The translations under genes and the position numbers were made by a program. A DNA stretch of 64,000 bases from Octopus sinensis. Its lineage: Eukaryota. Shown here one piece after another: positions 37,223 to 50,172 of the stretch. The DNA is taken from NCBI RefSeq assembly GCF_006345805.1, contig NC_043019.1:4835360-4899359 (forward strand), written 5' to 3'. Under the pieces are notes generated by a model. It made no database searches, was not told where the DNA came from, and saw only the letters and a program-made list of their open reading frames with translations. Each line of letters begins with the position of its first letter. Position 1 is the first letter of the stretch.

Positions 37223-37899
37223 GAGCATTTTTTTTTCTAACACAGTAGAGTAAGATCTGCAGAAGATTTGGTTGCTATTTCTAGCTTTCAGAACGATTAC
37301 GTATGCGATAAAAGAAGAGTGGTGAATAATCCCTTCATTAAAAAAAATAGTAAAACTGGATAACTAATTGTGAATTAAGCAAAATAATAACTGCTGCATG
37401 GACGGAATGTAGCGTTAAATTGCTTACAAATAATCACTGACTTGTAAAAACTACGATTGCAAACGGAATAACAAATAAAAAGGAGATAATGTGTGATTAA
37501 TAGTCATGAAGTGTGACTATAAGCGGAATTATTGACTCGTATCGGGGTGGGCTGATGTGCCTGCGAATAGGTGTATGTCTGGTAATTCTAGCACCCCTCG
37601 AAAGCCGAGTTCATCAGCAACAATTCGTTCCCTTCTCCCTTCCTCTGGCGCACTTTCTCTCTATCTTCCCACGCATTCCCAAATAATCTCGGTCTTCCAC
37701 TCGCTCTAACAACACACGTATTCTCTAATAAAGCATGTATCATATTGTACGTAAATAAACATATATATATAATTCATTATGTCGCCAATATTAATAGTGT
37801 TGTCTGTTAGTAATTTCGCTTAATTGGATACGGAACAATGGCTACTGCGAAGAGGGCAGTAACTCTGCACGAAAATACGCGACAAAGAGAACGAAAGAA

Positions 37900-38420
37900 A
37901 CTTAGTAATAAATGGAGGAAAGCGAGAGAGAGGGAAAAGGATTGTGTAATAAAGGGAGGGGGAGAGAGATGGGAAAAGAAAGACTAATAAAGAGATGGGA
38001 GTGAGGAATAGTAATAAAGAAAAGCGAGAGAGATAGAGTAAGAAATAAAGCGAAGAGAGCAAGGTATGTAGTTATAAAAGGAGGAGGAGGAGAAAGAGAG
38101 AGAGAAACAGTAATAAAGGGAGGGGAAGAGAGAGACAAACAATTATAAAGGGAGGAGAGGGAGAGTGAAAGAAATAGTAATAAAGGAAGGTGGGGAAAGA
38201 GAGAAAGAAACAGTAATAAAGGGAGGAGGGAGAGAGACAGAAGCAGTAATAAAGGGAGGAGAGGGAGAATGAAAGAAATAGTAATAAAGCAAGGTGGGGA
38301 AAGAGAGTAAGAAACAGTAATAAAGGGAGGAGGGAGAGAGTGAAAAAAAGAGTAATAAAGGGAGGGGAGAGAGTGAAAGAAAGAGTAATAAAGGAAGGTG
38401 GGGAGAGAGAGAGAAGTCAA
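37900..38420. repeat. Degenerate purine-rich minisatellite, ~30-33-bp unit AGTAATAAAGGGAGG(A/G)GAGAGAG
   Basis: Recurring agtaataaag anchor. Confidence 0.9.
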
Positions 38421-40173
38421 GTAAATTAACTCAAGCCATGGAAGGTGTAAACTTAATCCCTCCGTTTCTCTAAATTACATCGCAAACCACTGATCAGAAA
38501 ATACTTTCACGTTGATCCTTTATTAGTTTTTTTTTCTTCACCAATAGAGATCCCGGACAAGTAGGAAATAATTTATTTCTAGATTTATTTGCGTCTTTTT
38601 TTATGCTTTAATTTCCAACCGAATCCAGTTGTTAACCGAATCCAGTTGTTGACATCGCCTTTTCACTTTAGAATCCGTCTCATTGAACATTTCGTCAAAA
38701 CTATTATATTTACCTCGGTTTTGGGGCTTCTTTGCAAATATCAATTATATGAAGTAAGTTCTTGTTTAATATCACTACCACTATTTTGTTTTCTGATCGT
38801 CCATCCATCAGCTTTCCACCGTCCAGCATCAATTTTATTTCGATTGCTGTTACCTTGAAAGGAGGACATATTTTCTTCCCTATATTTTTTTAATTAACAT
38901 CAACAACACAAATACCAACCTGTCGTGCAGGTGAAAAAAAAAAAAAGAACAATTGAAATTATTTTAATATACATATTATTGAGAAGATAGCAAACCAACA
39001 GAAGAAAAAGTCATTAATTTTCCTCCTGTTAATTATGTAAATATTTCTATTTTTATTTCAACTTATTTCATATTCACCCTACTACGAAACGTCCAATGCA
39101 GAATACTTGAGGAAATTTCTAATCGAATTTTGCTGCTCATTTTCTGAAATAGAAATAATTCTAACAATAATTTAATATTGCTGAAGACAGGAGGAAATTT
39201 GACACCAACTACATTCGACAGTTTGTTTGCTTCCGAAATTATTTACTCGTGTTTTGCTTTTGTTTTCTTTTTTAATTCTTCTATATCTAGTGGACTATCC
39301 GAAATTAGACATGACTTTTTCCATGGGTGTTTCGAGGTTCCTTCCAAGCTTTCATTGCTCTCCTACTACTGCTGGTGATTTAAAGAACCGCGTAAGGATG
39401 TCTTGTGTACCACCTCTGAATGTTTCCTGATTCCAAACGGCCTGGCATGGATCGCCCTCTTTCCTGAGTCCTCTCTGTTTATACTGACTAACATCGAAGC
39501 TGCAAGTGCTACCTACAATCCGTCCATCATTCCGTCACTTCAAAAACCTCATTTTGTTGGGGGTCTTGCCACGATCAATTAACCAGCCTTCAATATTGGA
39601 TTTATAATGAAACAGATCATGTAACGAAACTAATGAGAATCATTTGTAAACTCTAATTGATCGGATCGTATTACACATTTACATTTCTTATTTATTTATC
39701 CTCCTTCGTCTTTAACGAACAATCTTCCCACATACCAAGTTGTAAACGAATAGTCAACTATAATTAGATATTGTAACAAACATACCAGCTACTGCATTGC
39801 TGAAGCAAGTACTTGTTATATAAATGCTCGCCCGAGCCTCTAAGCTTCAGCTTTTTTCTACTCAACCTCCTACATTACACACCATATCCAGTGTCCCAAC
39901 CAAGTTTTTTAAAATCCTCATCATACTATTCGCATGAAAGTTATTCTTTTGAATAACTTTTACAGTTCCAAGGCGTTATTTTATATCGACAGTCAAATAC
40001 ACACACTAACGAGTTTTTCTGGATAGTGTTGATATTATTTATTCATCTCTGCTGATCAAAACTCTGCTATGGTTTAAGCAGGAATATATACAGTAAACCT
40101 GAGAAGTGTCTAACCATCGACTTGTGAGAAAGAACCTACGTTGTCCAGCATCATTTTGCATTCAGGCTCCACA

Positions 40174-40304
40174 ATGAAGTTTGCCATGTGGAAGAAGTCC
40201 TCCATGTGGATTTTATTTGGAGGAATGGTGATGTTTTTCCTGGCATTAAGCACTTGTCTCGCCTGTCTACTGACCGGGGTCTACCATCGGTGGCAACTCG
40301 ACAG
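40174..40304 (+). CDS. First coding exon (signal-anchor/TM) of a type II membrane sulfotransferase-fold gene: MKFAMWKKSSMWILFGGMVMFFLALSTCLACLLTGVYHRWQLD(R)
   Basis: Acceptor ttttgcattcag ends 40165; ATG at 40174; 43 codons with a basic N-terminus and a ~24-residue hydrophobic run; donor CAG|GTAAGT at 40305; phase 2 matches the 61537 exon. Confidence 0.85.
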
Positions 40305-40369
40305 GTAAGTTTCCAACATTTATTTTGTTTTGGGCTTCTTTGTGACTACCAGAACCTCAGCATGTTTTC

Positions 40370-40760
40370 TAATATATATATATGTGTGTGTGTGTGTATG
40401 CATATGTATGTATATATATATATGTATGTATATAAGTATATATATGTATGTATATAAGTATATATATGTATGTATATAAGTATATATATGTATGTATATA
40501 AGTATATATATGTATGTATATAAGTATATATATGTATGTATATAAGTATATATATGTATGTATATATATATATATGTATGTATGTATATAAGTATATATA
40601 TGTATGTATATGTGTATGCATATGTATGTATATATATGTATGTATATGTGTATGCATATGTATGTATATATATGTATGTATATGTGTATGCATATGTATA
40701 TATATATATGTATGTATATAAGTATATGTATGTATATATATATATATATATATGTGTGTG
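40370..40760. repeat. TA/TG minisatellite (22-bp and ~26-30-bp units)
   Basis: tatgtatgtatataagtatata repeats. Confidence 0.92.
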
Positions 40761-41127
40761 GTATAGCTAATTCAGGGACTTCGAATTTTTTGTTTTTCTT
40801 CTCCAATTAACAACTCAACACTAACAAAATTTTGCATTCGGTTTTAATATGCAATCTTTCCTGCATAGGAAAACCTGCTAACATTCGTAAGTTTTTAATA
40901 TATAGTACTTTACTAAGGCGACGAGCTTACAGGATATGCTTAGTGGTCTTTCATCCGTTCGGGGTCGATAAAATAAGTACCTGTTCTACACTGGGGATCG
41001 ATGTAGTCGACTTATCCGTTCCCCTATATATAGTCATTAACCGTTTATGAAAACACTGAGATTTTTCGCACTGGTTACAGAACACGAGGAAACTTAAAAG
41101 GTAGCACAGATATTTCATACCTTTAAA

Positions 41128-41155
<28 letters not shown>

Positions 41156-41158
<3 letters not shown>

Positions 41159-41312
41159 CAAAATAAGAAAATGGGGAAATACATCTAAACCATTTATCAA
41201 CTACCAGATAATACCCAATCATATACTTTATTAGACCACTACATAAGAACATTAGGGTTGATATATGTTATCCCATGGAGGGTTGAATTTGCAACCCCTA
41301 TCTCAATTTGTA
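41156..41312. mobile_element. Short derivative carrying both outer ends of the 14358-15078 repeat
   Basis: tacaaaataagaaaatggggaaatacatc matches 14358ff; atatatgttatcccatggagggttg..caacccctatctcaatttg matches 15028-15075. Confidence 0.65.
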
Positions 41313-41786
41313 TATATATATATAAATTTTTCTGGTTTTAATTGCTGGACTATAGCCCTGCTTGGTCATACTACCACCGAGGTTTCCCTCCCGGTTGACC
41401 CAAGCTCTGATTGACCTCGAAAGACGAAATTGATTTAGTCGTGAAGGGAGATAACCACTTTGCTTGATTTTAGCTGACCCGGGACGAAACGATCTCAAGA
41501 CAAATACATTCCTAGATAGATATAGGCAAAAAAAAAAGCTGAAATCCACGCGCGCACACACACGTTGTTTTGCCTCAGATCAATCTCTATGTTTAGACAA
41601 TCCACCCGTAACCAACCTGTTGTTTCATTGGAACATTAGATACGCTTGACCTGTCGGCCACCTTACCCCATGTCTCATTAATTTTTCATGACGGTGCCAG
41701 GCTATTTCTAATTCACACACATCGACTGACTTCAGCTCTACATAATTCTTCACCATTTTTAATCATCATCGTAACTTCAGGAATTT

Positions 41787-42221
41787 GGATCTTTTCGGTT
41801 TGACCGGCAGTTTTTTAAAATTATTTTCCACGCAACTAAACACTTTTAAACTTCGTATACTGGTAGAATGTGTTTATAAAACATCTTTTTCTCTTGGCTT
41901 TATTGAGAAAATTCTATACTTTGTAAGATATTTTTTTGTTGTTTTTTTCTTCAATTTCTGCAATTTCAACCAATCAATGACGTCTATTGAGGTAAAAAAA
42001 AAAACATTCTGTGCCGTATGAATATGTCCTTCGTTGAAGAAAACAGATTGGGTTTATTTACATTTCTGAAGAAAAAAAGATACCCTTCACCCCACCCATA
42101 ACCCTAACCCTAAACCCTAAAACAGATTGAAATGCAATAGATCGATTCTAGGGTCATAATTATGGGTGACAATTTCATATGACACCGCTAGAAAAAACTG
42201 CTGTTCAAACCGAAAAGATCC
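41787..42221 (-). mobile_element. MITE, same family, TSD A(G/T)GAATTT
   Basis: Both TIRs; flanks aggaattt/atgaattt. Confidence 0.9.
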
Positions 42222-42898
42222 ATGAATTTCAGAGGTGATGTTTTATGGTATGATGCATTTCCTATCGCCAACTCTTTACAAGTCACTCTTCACAAAACAG
42301 TCTGTTCAATTAGTTGACTTATTGCTTAATGGGATAGTCATAGCTGGAATGTCTTAAACAATCAAATGGTCAAAACAAGCATTAGAGCTGTCACTCGTCC
42401 CGAATATTTTGCAGTGTGACACGATTTTTGTCCTTGGGGAGCAACTGTTATTTCCTATTTGCTTACCCTTAGAAAGTGTGGAAAATGGCTTCAAACTTTG
42501 CTTTTTGTTACATTTATTCAACCCCCCCCCCATCAAACAATCCTCTGAACACATGGCTATGATACTCCCCGACTACTCCTGTTCATGATCAGAGATGCAC
42601 GTATTGTCGGCCACTAAGGGACCTGCTCTAGTGGTTAAGGTCAAGAAAGTGACAAGCAAATCTGTGGTATTTAGCAGAAAATTTGCTATAACGATATTTC
42701 TGCTTCAGCAACTCAGAGCTGAATCTGTCTGAAGTGTAATGGAAAATAGGTCAGTTTCAAGGCATTGATGTCCAGGTCTCAACAGCAAAGTTTGGAAGGG
42801 AATAGTAGTCATTTCCTTTGATTTCTAGACAGAAGCAAATAGGAATTTTACACTTAGAGCAGGTCCCTTAGTGGCCGACAATACGTGTGTCTCTGATA

Positions 42899-43021
42899 TG
42901 AATGACGACTATAAGATACCCGCTTTTGGTTAAACTGCACCGCAAAATGTGGGAGTAGTTAGGAATCTAAATCGGAGGAGACAGTCTCACACACACAACT
43001 TCAATTTTATATATAAAGATT
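42899..43021 (-). mobile_element. 5'-end fragment of the same Helitron family
   Basis: acgactataagatacccgcttttggttaaactgcaccg...ttttatatataaagat. Confidence 0.7.
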
Positions 43022-43200
43022 AGCCAGATCTGGCCTCTTTATACCTATCCTAAAATGTCATTTCTAAACTAAAAAAAATCTCCTCATTGAAATCTCAAAG
43101 CTACAGAACAACACATGTAATTCAAAATAATGTAGATATATAAGCATTCTATTTGATAGGGTCTTCTGACTAGTAAAGGGTTAAATAAACTTATATAAAT

Positions 43201-43900
43201 TCATCATCATCATTTAACGTCCGCTTTCCATGCTAGCATGGGTTGGACGATTTGACTGAGGTCTGGCGAACCAGACTCCAATCTGATCTGGCAGAGTTTC
43301 TACAGCTTGATGCCCTTCTTAACGCCAACCACTCCGAGAGTGTAGTGGGTGCTTTTAGGTGCCACCGGCACAAGGGCCAGTTTAGCGGTACTGGCAATGG
43401 CCACGCCCAAATGGTGCTTTTTATGTGCCACCTGCACAGGAGCCAGTCCAGCGGCACTGGCGACGACCTCGCTCGAATGTTTCACATGCCACCAGCACAA
43501 GTGCTAGTAAGGCAACGCGGTAACGATCGCACTCAGCAGCGAGCTGGCAGAAACGTTAGCACGCCGGACGAAATGCTTAGCAGTATTTCATCTGCATTAC
43601 GTTGTGAGTTCAAATTCCGCCGAGGTCGACTTTGCTTTTCATCCTTTCGGGGTCGATAAATTAAGTACCAGTTACGCACTGGGGTCAATGTAATTGACTT
43701 AATACCTATGTCTGTCCTTGTTTAGCCCCTTGTGGGTAATAAAGAAATAGGTAACGATCACACTCGAATGATGTGTTTAACGTGCCATCAGCACGAAGGC
43801 CAGGTTGTTGCTCTGGCAACGATCTCACTCGTATGGTACTCTTAGTGCGCCACTAGCAACGGATGCCAGTCACCGAGTTTGATTTCGACTTCAATTTCAC
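43201..43900 (-). mobile_element. Nin-domain-like SINE interrupted by SINE-B (43535-43752); further copies 45750-45905(-), 46655-46790(+), 58244-58760(-), 59495-59630(-)
   Basis: gatgcccttc(c/t)taacgccaacca motif, (CAT)n tail, ggtaacgatc(g/a)cactc TSD. Confidence 0.75.
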
Positions 43901-44089
43901 TTTGATTTCTTAGGAGAAAAAAGATGAAATGGTTATTGTAGCTAGAAAACCTTTGATCATAGATCTGGTCAGTAATTAAACAAATTCGAGCCAATTTAGA
44001 GTATCCCTTACATGGTTGCTCAAGCTGCTAGAAATAGCGATTAGTCACTCAATTCGTGCCCTAACATCTTTAAACATAGGATGACCATA

Positions 44090-44395
44090 GCTAGAATGCT
44101 TCCGATGGCATCACTTCGTCTCCAACAATTCGGTGTGACACCAGTGCAGAATCACCTCCCTCCAACAAGTCATCCTAACGAGACGTCTGTGTTGGCTGGG
44201 TCATGCCCTCCGTCGTCAACCAGGAGAATTCATCTACGAAGCAATTGCCCCAGCTCCCCTTCAGGGTTGGCGAAAGCGATGTGGTGGACAACGAAAAACC
44301 TGGCTGATGGACAGTCAAGGCTGATCTGGAACCCAACCTAGGCCCCCATATCTACTGCGTTCATCGGTGGAATAAGGAGTGGTTGGAGATCAAGG
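44090..44395 (+). pseudogene. RTE-clade LINE C-terminal fragment
   Basis: RRLCWLGHALRRQPGEFIYEAIAPAPLQGWRKRCGGQRKTW, then after a frameshift TVKADL. Confidence 0.7.
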
Positions 44396-44555
44396 CAGTC
44401 TTGAAGCTCCTTCTTCAAGGTCTGGGTTTTGACTTTCTAGAGAAGGCAGCTCTCTGCTGTCACTAGGAAGGGCAGCTTTGTTGACTTTGAATTACTTGAT
44501 TGCCAAATGTTTTGAAGCTTGGCTTGTCTTTTGCATGTCAGAAAGTCTTTCTTTC

Positions 44556-45328
44556 TTATTTCTTTACTACCCACAAGGGGCTACACACAGAGGGGACAAA
44601 ACAGATTAAGTCGATTAAATCAACCCCAGTGCGTAACTGGTATTTATTTAATCGACCCCGAAAGGATGAAAGGCAAAGTCGACCTCGGCGAAATTTGAAC
44701 TCAGAACGTAACGGCAGACGAAATACCTATTTCTTTACTACCCACAAGGGGCTAAACATAGAGGGGACAAACAAGGACAGACAAACGGATTAAGACGATT
44801 ACATCAACCCCAGTGCGTAACTGGTACTTAATTTATCGACTCCGAAAGAATGAAAGGCAAAGTCGACCTCGGTGGAATTTGAACTCAGAACGTAACGGCA
44901 GATGAAATACCTATTTCTTTACTACCCACAAGGGGCTAAACACAGAGGGGACAAAAAAGGACAGACAAACGGATTAAGTCGATTACATCAACCCCAGTGC
45001 GTAACTGGTACTTAATTTATCGACTCCGAAAGAATGAAAGGCAAAGTCGACCTCGGTGGAATTTGAACTCAGAACGTAACGGCAGATGAAATACCTATTT
45101 CTTTACTACCCACAAGGGACTAAACATAGAGGGGACAAACAAGGACAGACAAAGGGATTAAGTCGATTACATCGACCCCAGTGCATAACTGGTACTTAAT
45201 TTATCGACCCCGAAAGGATGAAAGGCAAAGTCGACCTCGGCGGAATTTGAACTGAGAACGTAACGGCAGATGAAATACCGATAAGTATTTCGCCTGGCGT
45301 GCTAACGTTTCTGCCAACTCACCGCCTT
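44556..45328 (-). mobile_element. SINE-B tetramer (184-bp units) inside a 22-bp TSD
   Basis: catgtcagaaagt(c/g)tttctttc at 44534-55 and 45329-50. Confidence 0.9.
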
Positions 45329-46029
45329 CATGTCAGAAAGTGTTTCTTTCAGCCTGCAGCATTGAGATCTGAGGTACTTGAAGTTACTTATCTCCTTGAA
45401 TTGTCTGCTGTTAGAACAATTTTGCAGCTGGCTTTCATTTTTACTGATGGTCATGTATTCCATATTCTTTGGCTGCAGCATTCTCAAGGGATATTAATGA
45501 GTTTTGTGCATCACACAGTTGAGGAAATATGAAGGGAAAGGTTATCAAGCTAGACAAGGACATTGAGATACTGGGTCTGCTAGCACCTTGATCTCTTCTG
45601 CTTAATGGTGAAAGCTTTGGCTTATATGGGGAGTCAGAAGTTTGCCTGAGGATGTAGTCCTCAATTGTCACAAAGAGAAAAAGTAGCTAGGATGTCTCCT
45701 TGAAGGATACTGGCAGTTACAAATTCTCTAAGTTGGATCATCATCATCTTCATCATCCTTTACTGTCATTTTCCATGCTAGCATGGTTCAGATGGTTTGA
45801 TCAGAGTTGGTAAGTAAGAGAACTGCACCAGGTTCTAATCTGATTTGGCTTGGTTTCTATGGCTGAATGCCAACCACTTTGCAGAGTGTGTTGGGTGCTT
45901 ACCATATCTGACTGTTCTAAGAGGTGAAGGCATCATTGCAGAATGTAATTAATGTTTTCACCAAAGATTCTTTCCTCTGTGCTTCCAAACATTTTCTATT
46001 GACTGATATTGAAGTAACTCCTATCTCTC

Positions 46030-49000
46030 TCTCTTTTACTTGTTTCAGTCATTTGACTGCAGCCAAGCTGGAGCACCGCCTTTAGTCGAGCAAATCGACC
46101 CCGGGACTTATTCTTTGTAAGCCCAGTACTTATTCTATCGGTCTCTTGTTGCCGAACCGCTAAGTGACAGGGACGTAAATACACCAGCATCGGTTGTCAA
46201 GCAATGCTAGAGGGGCAAACACAGGCACACAAACACACACACACACACACATACATATATATATACATATATACGACAGGCTTCTTTCAGTTTCCGTCTA
46301 CCAAATCCACTCACAAGGCATTGGTCGGCCCAAGGCTATAGCAGAAGACACTTGCCCAAGATGCCACGCAGTGGGACTGAACCCGGAACCATGTGGTTAG
46401 TTAGCAAGCTACTTACCACACAGCCATTCCTGCGCCTTTTTACTTTTTAAATCTTCAGCACCCTCAACAGGGAGATTTCATCGACTAATTGCATGGATAA
46501 CATATGATAACCTGCAAAATTCTGACAACCAACAGTGTCAACAAACTAACAGGAAATCTTCATGGCCTCCCCAATAAGCTCCCTTGCTGGTTCCACACAA
46601 AAGCACCCATATAGGGGCCACATAAAAAATTCCCCAATACACTTTGTAAAGTGTTTGGCTCTAAGAAGGGCATCCTGCTGTAGAGCTCCTGCCAAAACAG
46701 AGAATTGAACCCTGGGCAGCCCTCTAATGGGCCAGCTCTTGTCAAATTGTCCGACCCATGCCAGCATAGAAAACAGACACTAAATGATGATGACTATGGC
46801 AAAGGAAACATGAGTAAACATTTGATCAATGACATTCCAGTCATGACCCTCACTGGTCTCAGCTCAGTCTTTGTAGGATTGCAAAGGCCATGGTTATTGC
46901 TCTCTTTGTTTGTCCAAACCTCTAGGTTCGAGGAAGGTACTTACTCGTGGCAGTGAATTTATAGACAAATCGATAATTGAGATTCTGTAATTTTTCTCCA
47001 CTTTGACTGATTCGGAGGAAATCTTCACCACCACAACAGCTATGCAGTATTTATTCCTGTAGGTTCTAGGTCCTTTAGATCTTTTCGGTTTGAACGGCAG
47101 ATTTTTAAAATAATTTCCACGTAACTAAACACTTTGAAACTTCGTATACTGGTAGAATGTGTCACATAAAACATCTTTTTCTCTTGACTTTCTTGCGAAA
47201 ATTCTGTAGTTTGTAAGCTATTTCGGCAATTTCAACCAATCAATGACGTCTATTGAGGTGAATACAATTTCTGCCATAGACGTCATTGATTGGTTGAAAT
47301 TGCCGAAATGCAAGAAATTAAACAAGAAATAGCTTACAAACTTCAGAATCTTCTCAAGAAAGCCAAGAGAAAAAGATGTTTTATAAACACATTCTACCAG
47401 TATACAAAGTTTAGTTACAAAGGAATTATTTTAAAAATCTGCCGGTCAAAGTGAAAAGATCCGGTCCTTTTATATCAGTGTTTCTCAGTAATTTTTTTTT
47501 TATCTATGGACCCCTTTGATTCCTATTTTATTCAGATGGACCCTTTAGCATTCAGGTTACTTTTTCAAATGTCATGCTTTACTCTTTTACTTGTTTCAGT
47601 CATTTGATTGCGGCCATGCTGGAGCACCGCCTTTAGTCGAGCAAATCGACCCCAGGACTTATTCTTTGAAAGCCTAGTACTTATTCTATCAGTCAGTTTT
47701 GCCGAACCACTAGGTTACAGGAACGTAAACACACACCAGCATCGGTTGTCAAGCAATGGTGGGGGGGACAAACACAGACACACAAACATATACACACACG
47801 TACATATATATATATTATATATATATATATATATAATATATATATACACACACGATGGCCTTCTTTCAGTGTCCATCTACCAAATCTACTCACAAGGCTT
47901 TGGCTGGCCTAAGGCTATAGCAGAAGACACTTGCCCAAGGTGCCACGCAGTGGGACTGAACCCGGAACCATGTGGTTGGTTAGCAAGCTACTTACCACAC
48001 AGCCATGCCTGCGCCTCAATTTTTTTTTTAAATTAATTATGTATTATCTTGTACCTTAGAGATTTTGAAGATGTAATTGTTTATTTTTAGAATGACATTG
48101 TAGGGTAGGTATGAGATGCTAGATATGGCAAGTTTGAGCATAAAAGAGACTATTTGGACCAGATATGGTTGGTTTAAATGCCAAAGAGTTAAGATATTTT
48201 GTGTATTACTCTTTTACTTGTTTCAGTCATCTGACTGCAGCCATGCTGGAGCACCGCCTTTAGTCAAGCAAATCGACCCTGGGACTTATTCTTTGTAACC
48301 CAGTACTTATTCTATCGGTCTCTTTTGCCGGACCACTAGGTGACGGGGACGTAAACACACCAGCATCGGTTGTCAAGCAATGCTAGGGGGACAAACATAG
48401 ACACACAAACATGCACACACACATATATATATATATACATATATACGACAGGCTTCTTTCAGTTTCCGTCTACCAAATCCACTCACACGGCTTTGGTTGG
48501 CCCGAGGCTATAGCAGAAGACACTTGCCCAAGATGCCACGCAGTGGAACTGAACCCGGAACCATGTGGTTGGTAAGCAAGCTACTTACCACACAGCCACT
48601 CCTGCGCCTGTATTGTTGAAGTATAACCAATTTGTTGCGCAAATTTTAACACCAAAATCTTATGTGGATCCTCCAAGGATCATGTGGACTCTGGTTATGA
48701 ATCATTGCTCTAAGTGGATGCAGCATTTCTGAATGGATGGAGGAGAGGCCAAACGTTTTGTGCAATGGTTAGTACATCCATCATGGGCACAGAAAATGCA
48801 GGTTGGCATCCTTTGGATAGCCTTTGACCTTTTCACCATCTAAGGGTTTTTTTGACCTAAAATACTTTTTTTTTTTTTTACTCTTTTACTTGTTTCAATC
48901 ATTTGACTGTGGCCATGCTGAAGCACTGCCTTTAGTCAAGCAAATCAACCCCAGGAATTATTCTTTGTAAGCCTAGTACTTATTCTATCGGTCACTTTTG

Positions 49001-49286
49001 CCAAACCACTAAATAATGGAGACGTAAACACACCAGCATCGGTTGTCAAGCGATGTTGGGCGGACAAACACAGACACAGAAACATACACACACACACATA
49101 TATATATATATATACATATATACGACGGGCTTCTTTCAGTTTCCGTCTACCAAATCCACTCACAAGGTTTTGGTCGGCCTGAGGCTATAGTAGAAGACAC
49201 TTGCCCAAGGTGCCGTGCAGTGGGACTGAACTTGGAACCATGTGTATCGTAAGCAAGCTACTAACCACACAGCCACTCCTACGCCT
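46030..49286 (-). mobile_element. Four minus-strand SINE-A copies (46030-46437, 47580-48016, 48210-48608, 48878-49286)
   Basis: Same consensus; intronic. Confidence 0.9.
47077..47462. mobile_element. Foldback derivative of the MITE (two inverted copies of one half), TSD GGTCCTTT
   Basis: Both halves carry the same arm; ggtccttt at 47069-76 and 47463-70. Confidence 0.85.
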
Positions 49287-49611
49287 ATATTATTGTTATA
49301 CTTATTATTTATAGCTGTATCCACTTCAAGACTAACTCTTAAAAACGATTAATTGCACATTTTCTCAGAGCTTCTAAATTTTCAAGAATCTAGATTTTTA
49401 TCCAATGCAACTTGCAGACAGACTCTTTACATGCAATATTATACAAAACACTATTTGTGAAATGCACCAGGCTTGTGGGGCTAGATAGACCTGTTGACCT
49501 GGTTGAGGGCTATAATAGGAGGGCTCTGTTATTGTTGCAGGCTCATGACTTGTGACTGTGCTGGATAGATCTTTCTATTTTTCAAATGTGGTAAGAGTAT
49601 GTTTGAGGATG

Positions 49612-50172
49612 GCAGCAAGCTGGCAGAAACGGTAGCACGCCGGGCGAGGTATTTCGTCTGTCGTTACGTTCTGAGTTCAAATTCCGCCGAGGTCGACTTT
49701 GCCTTTCATCCTTTCAGGGTCGATAAATTAAGTACCAGTTACGCACTGGGGTCGATATAATCGACTTAATCCGTTTGTCTGTCCTTGTTTGTCCCCTCTA
49801 TGTTTAGCCCCTTGGGGGTAGGGTTCAGTCCCACTGCATGGCATCTTGGGCAAGTGTCTTCTGCTATAGCCCCAGGCCGACCAATGCCTTGTGAGTGGAT
49901 TTGGTAGACGGAAACTGAAAGAAGCCTGTCGTATATATGTATATATATATAAGTGTGTGTGTGTATATGTTTGTGTGCCTGTGTTTGTTCCCCTAGCATT
50001 GCTTGACAACCGATGCTGGTGTGTTTACGTCCCCATCACTTAGCGGTTCGGCAAAAGAGACCGATAGAATAAGTACTGGGCTTACAAAAAATAAGTCCCG
50101 GGGTCGATTTGCTCGACTAAAGGCGGTGCTCCAGCATGGCCGCAGTCAAATGACTGAAAAGAGTAAAAGAGT
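49612..50172 (+). mobile_element. SINE-B (49612-49815) fused to a 5'-truncated SINE-A (49820-50172)
   Basis: Junction gccccttgggggtag|ggttcagtcccac. Confidence 0.8.

Noticed and set aside
37590-37620. Minus-strand CTGATGA followed by a CTCG/CGAG stem
   Set aside because: No GAAA after stem II, so not a hammerhead
39130-40160. Coding-like minus-strand stretch
   Set aside because: Multiple stops in all frames and no motif I recognise; the adjacent signal is explained by the + strand exon at 40166
44556-45328. Regular ~184-bp repeats as a CRISPR array or satellite
   Set aside because: No unique spacers, eukaryotic context, and the units are SINE bodies within a TSD
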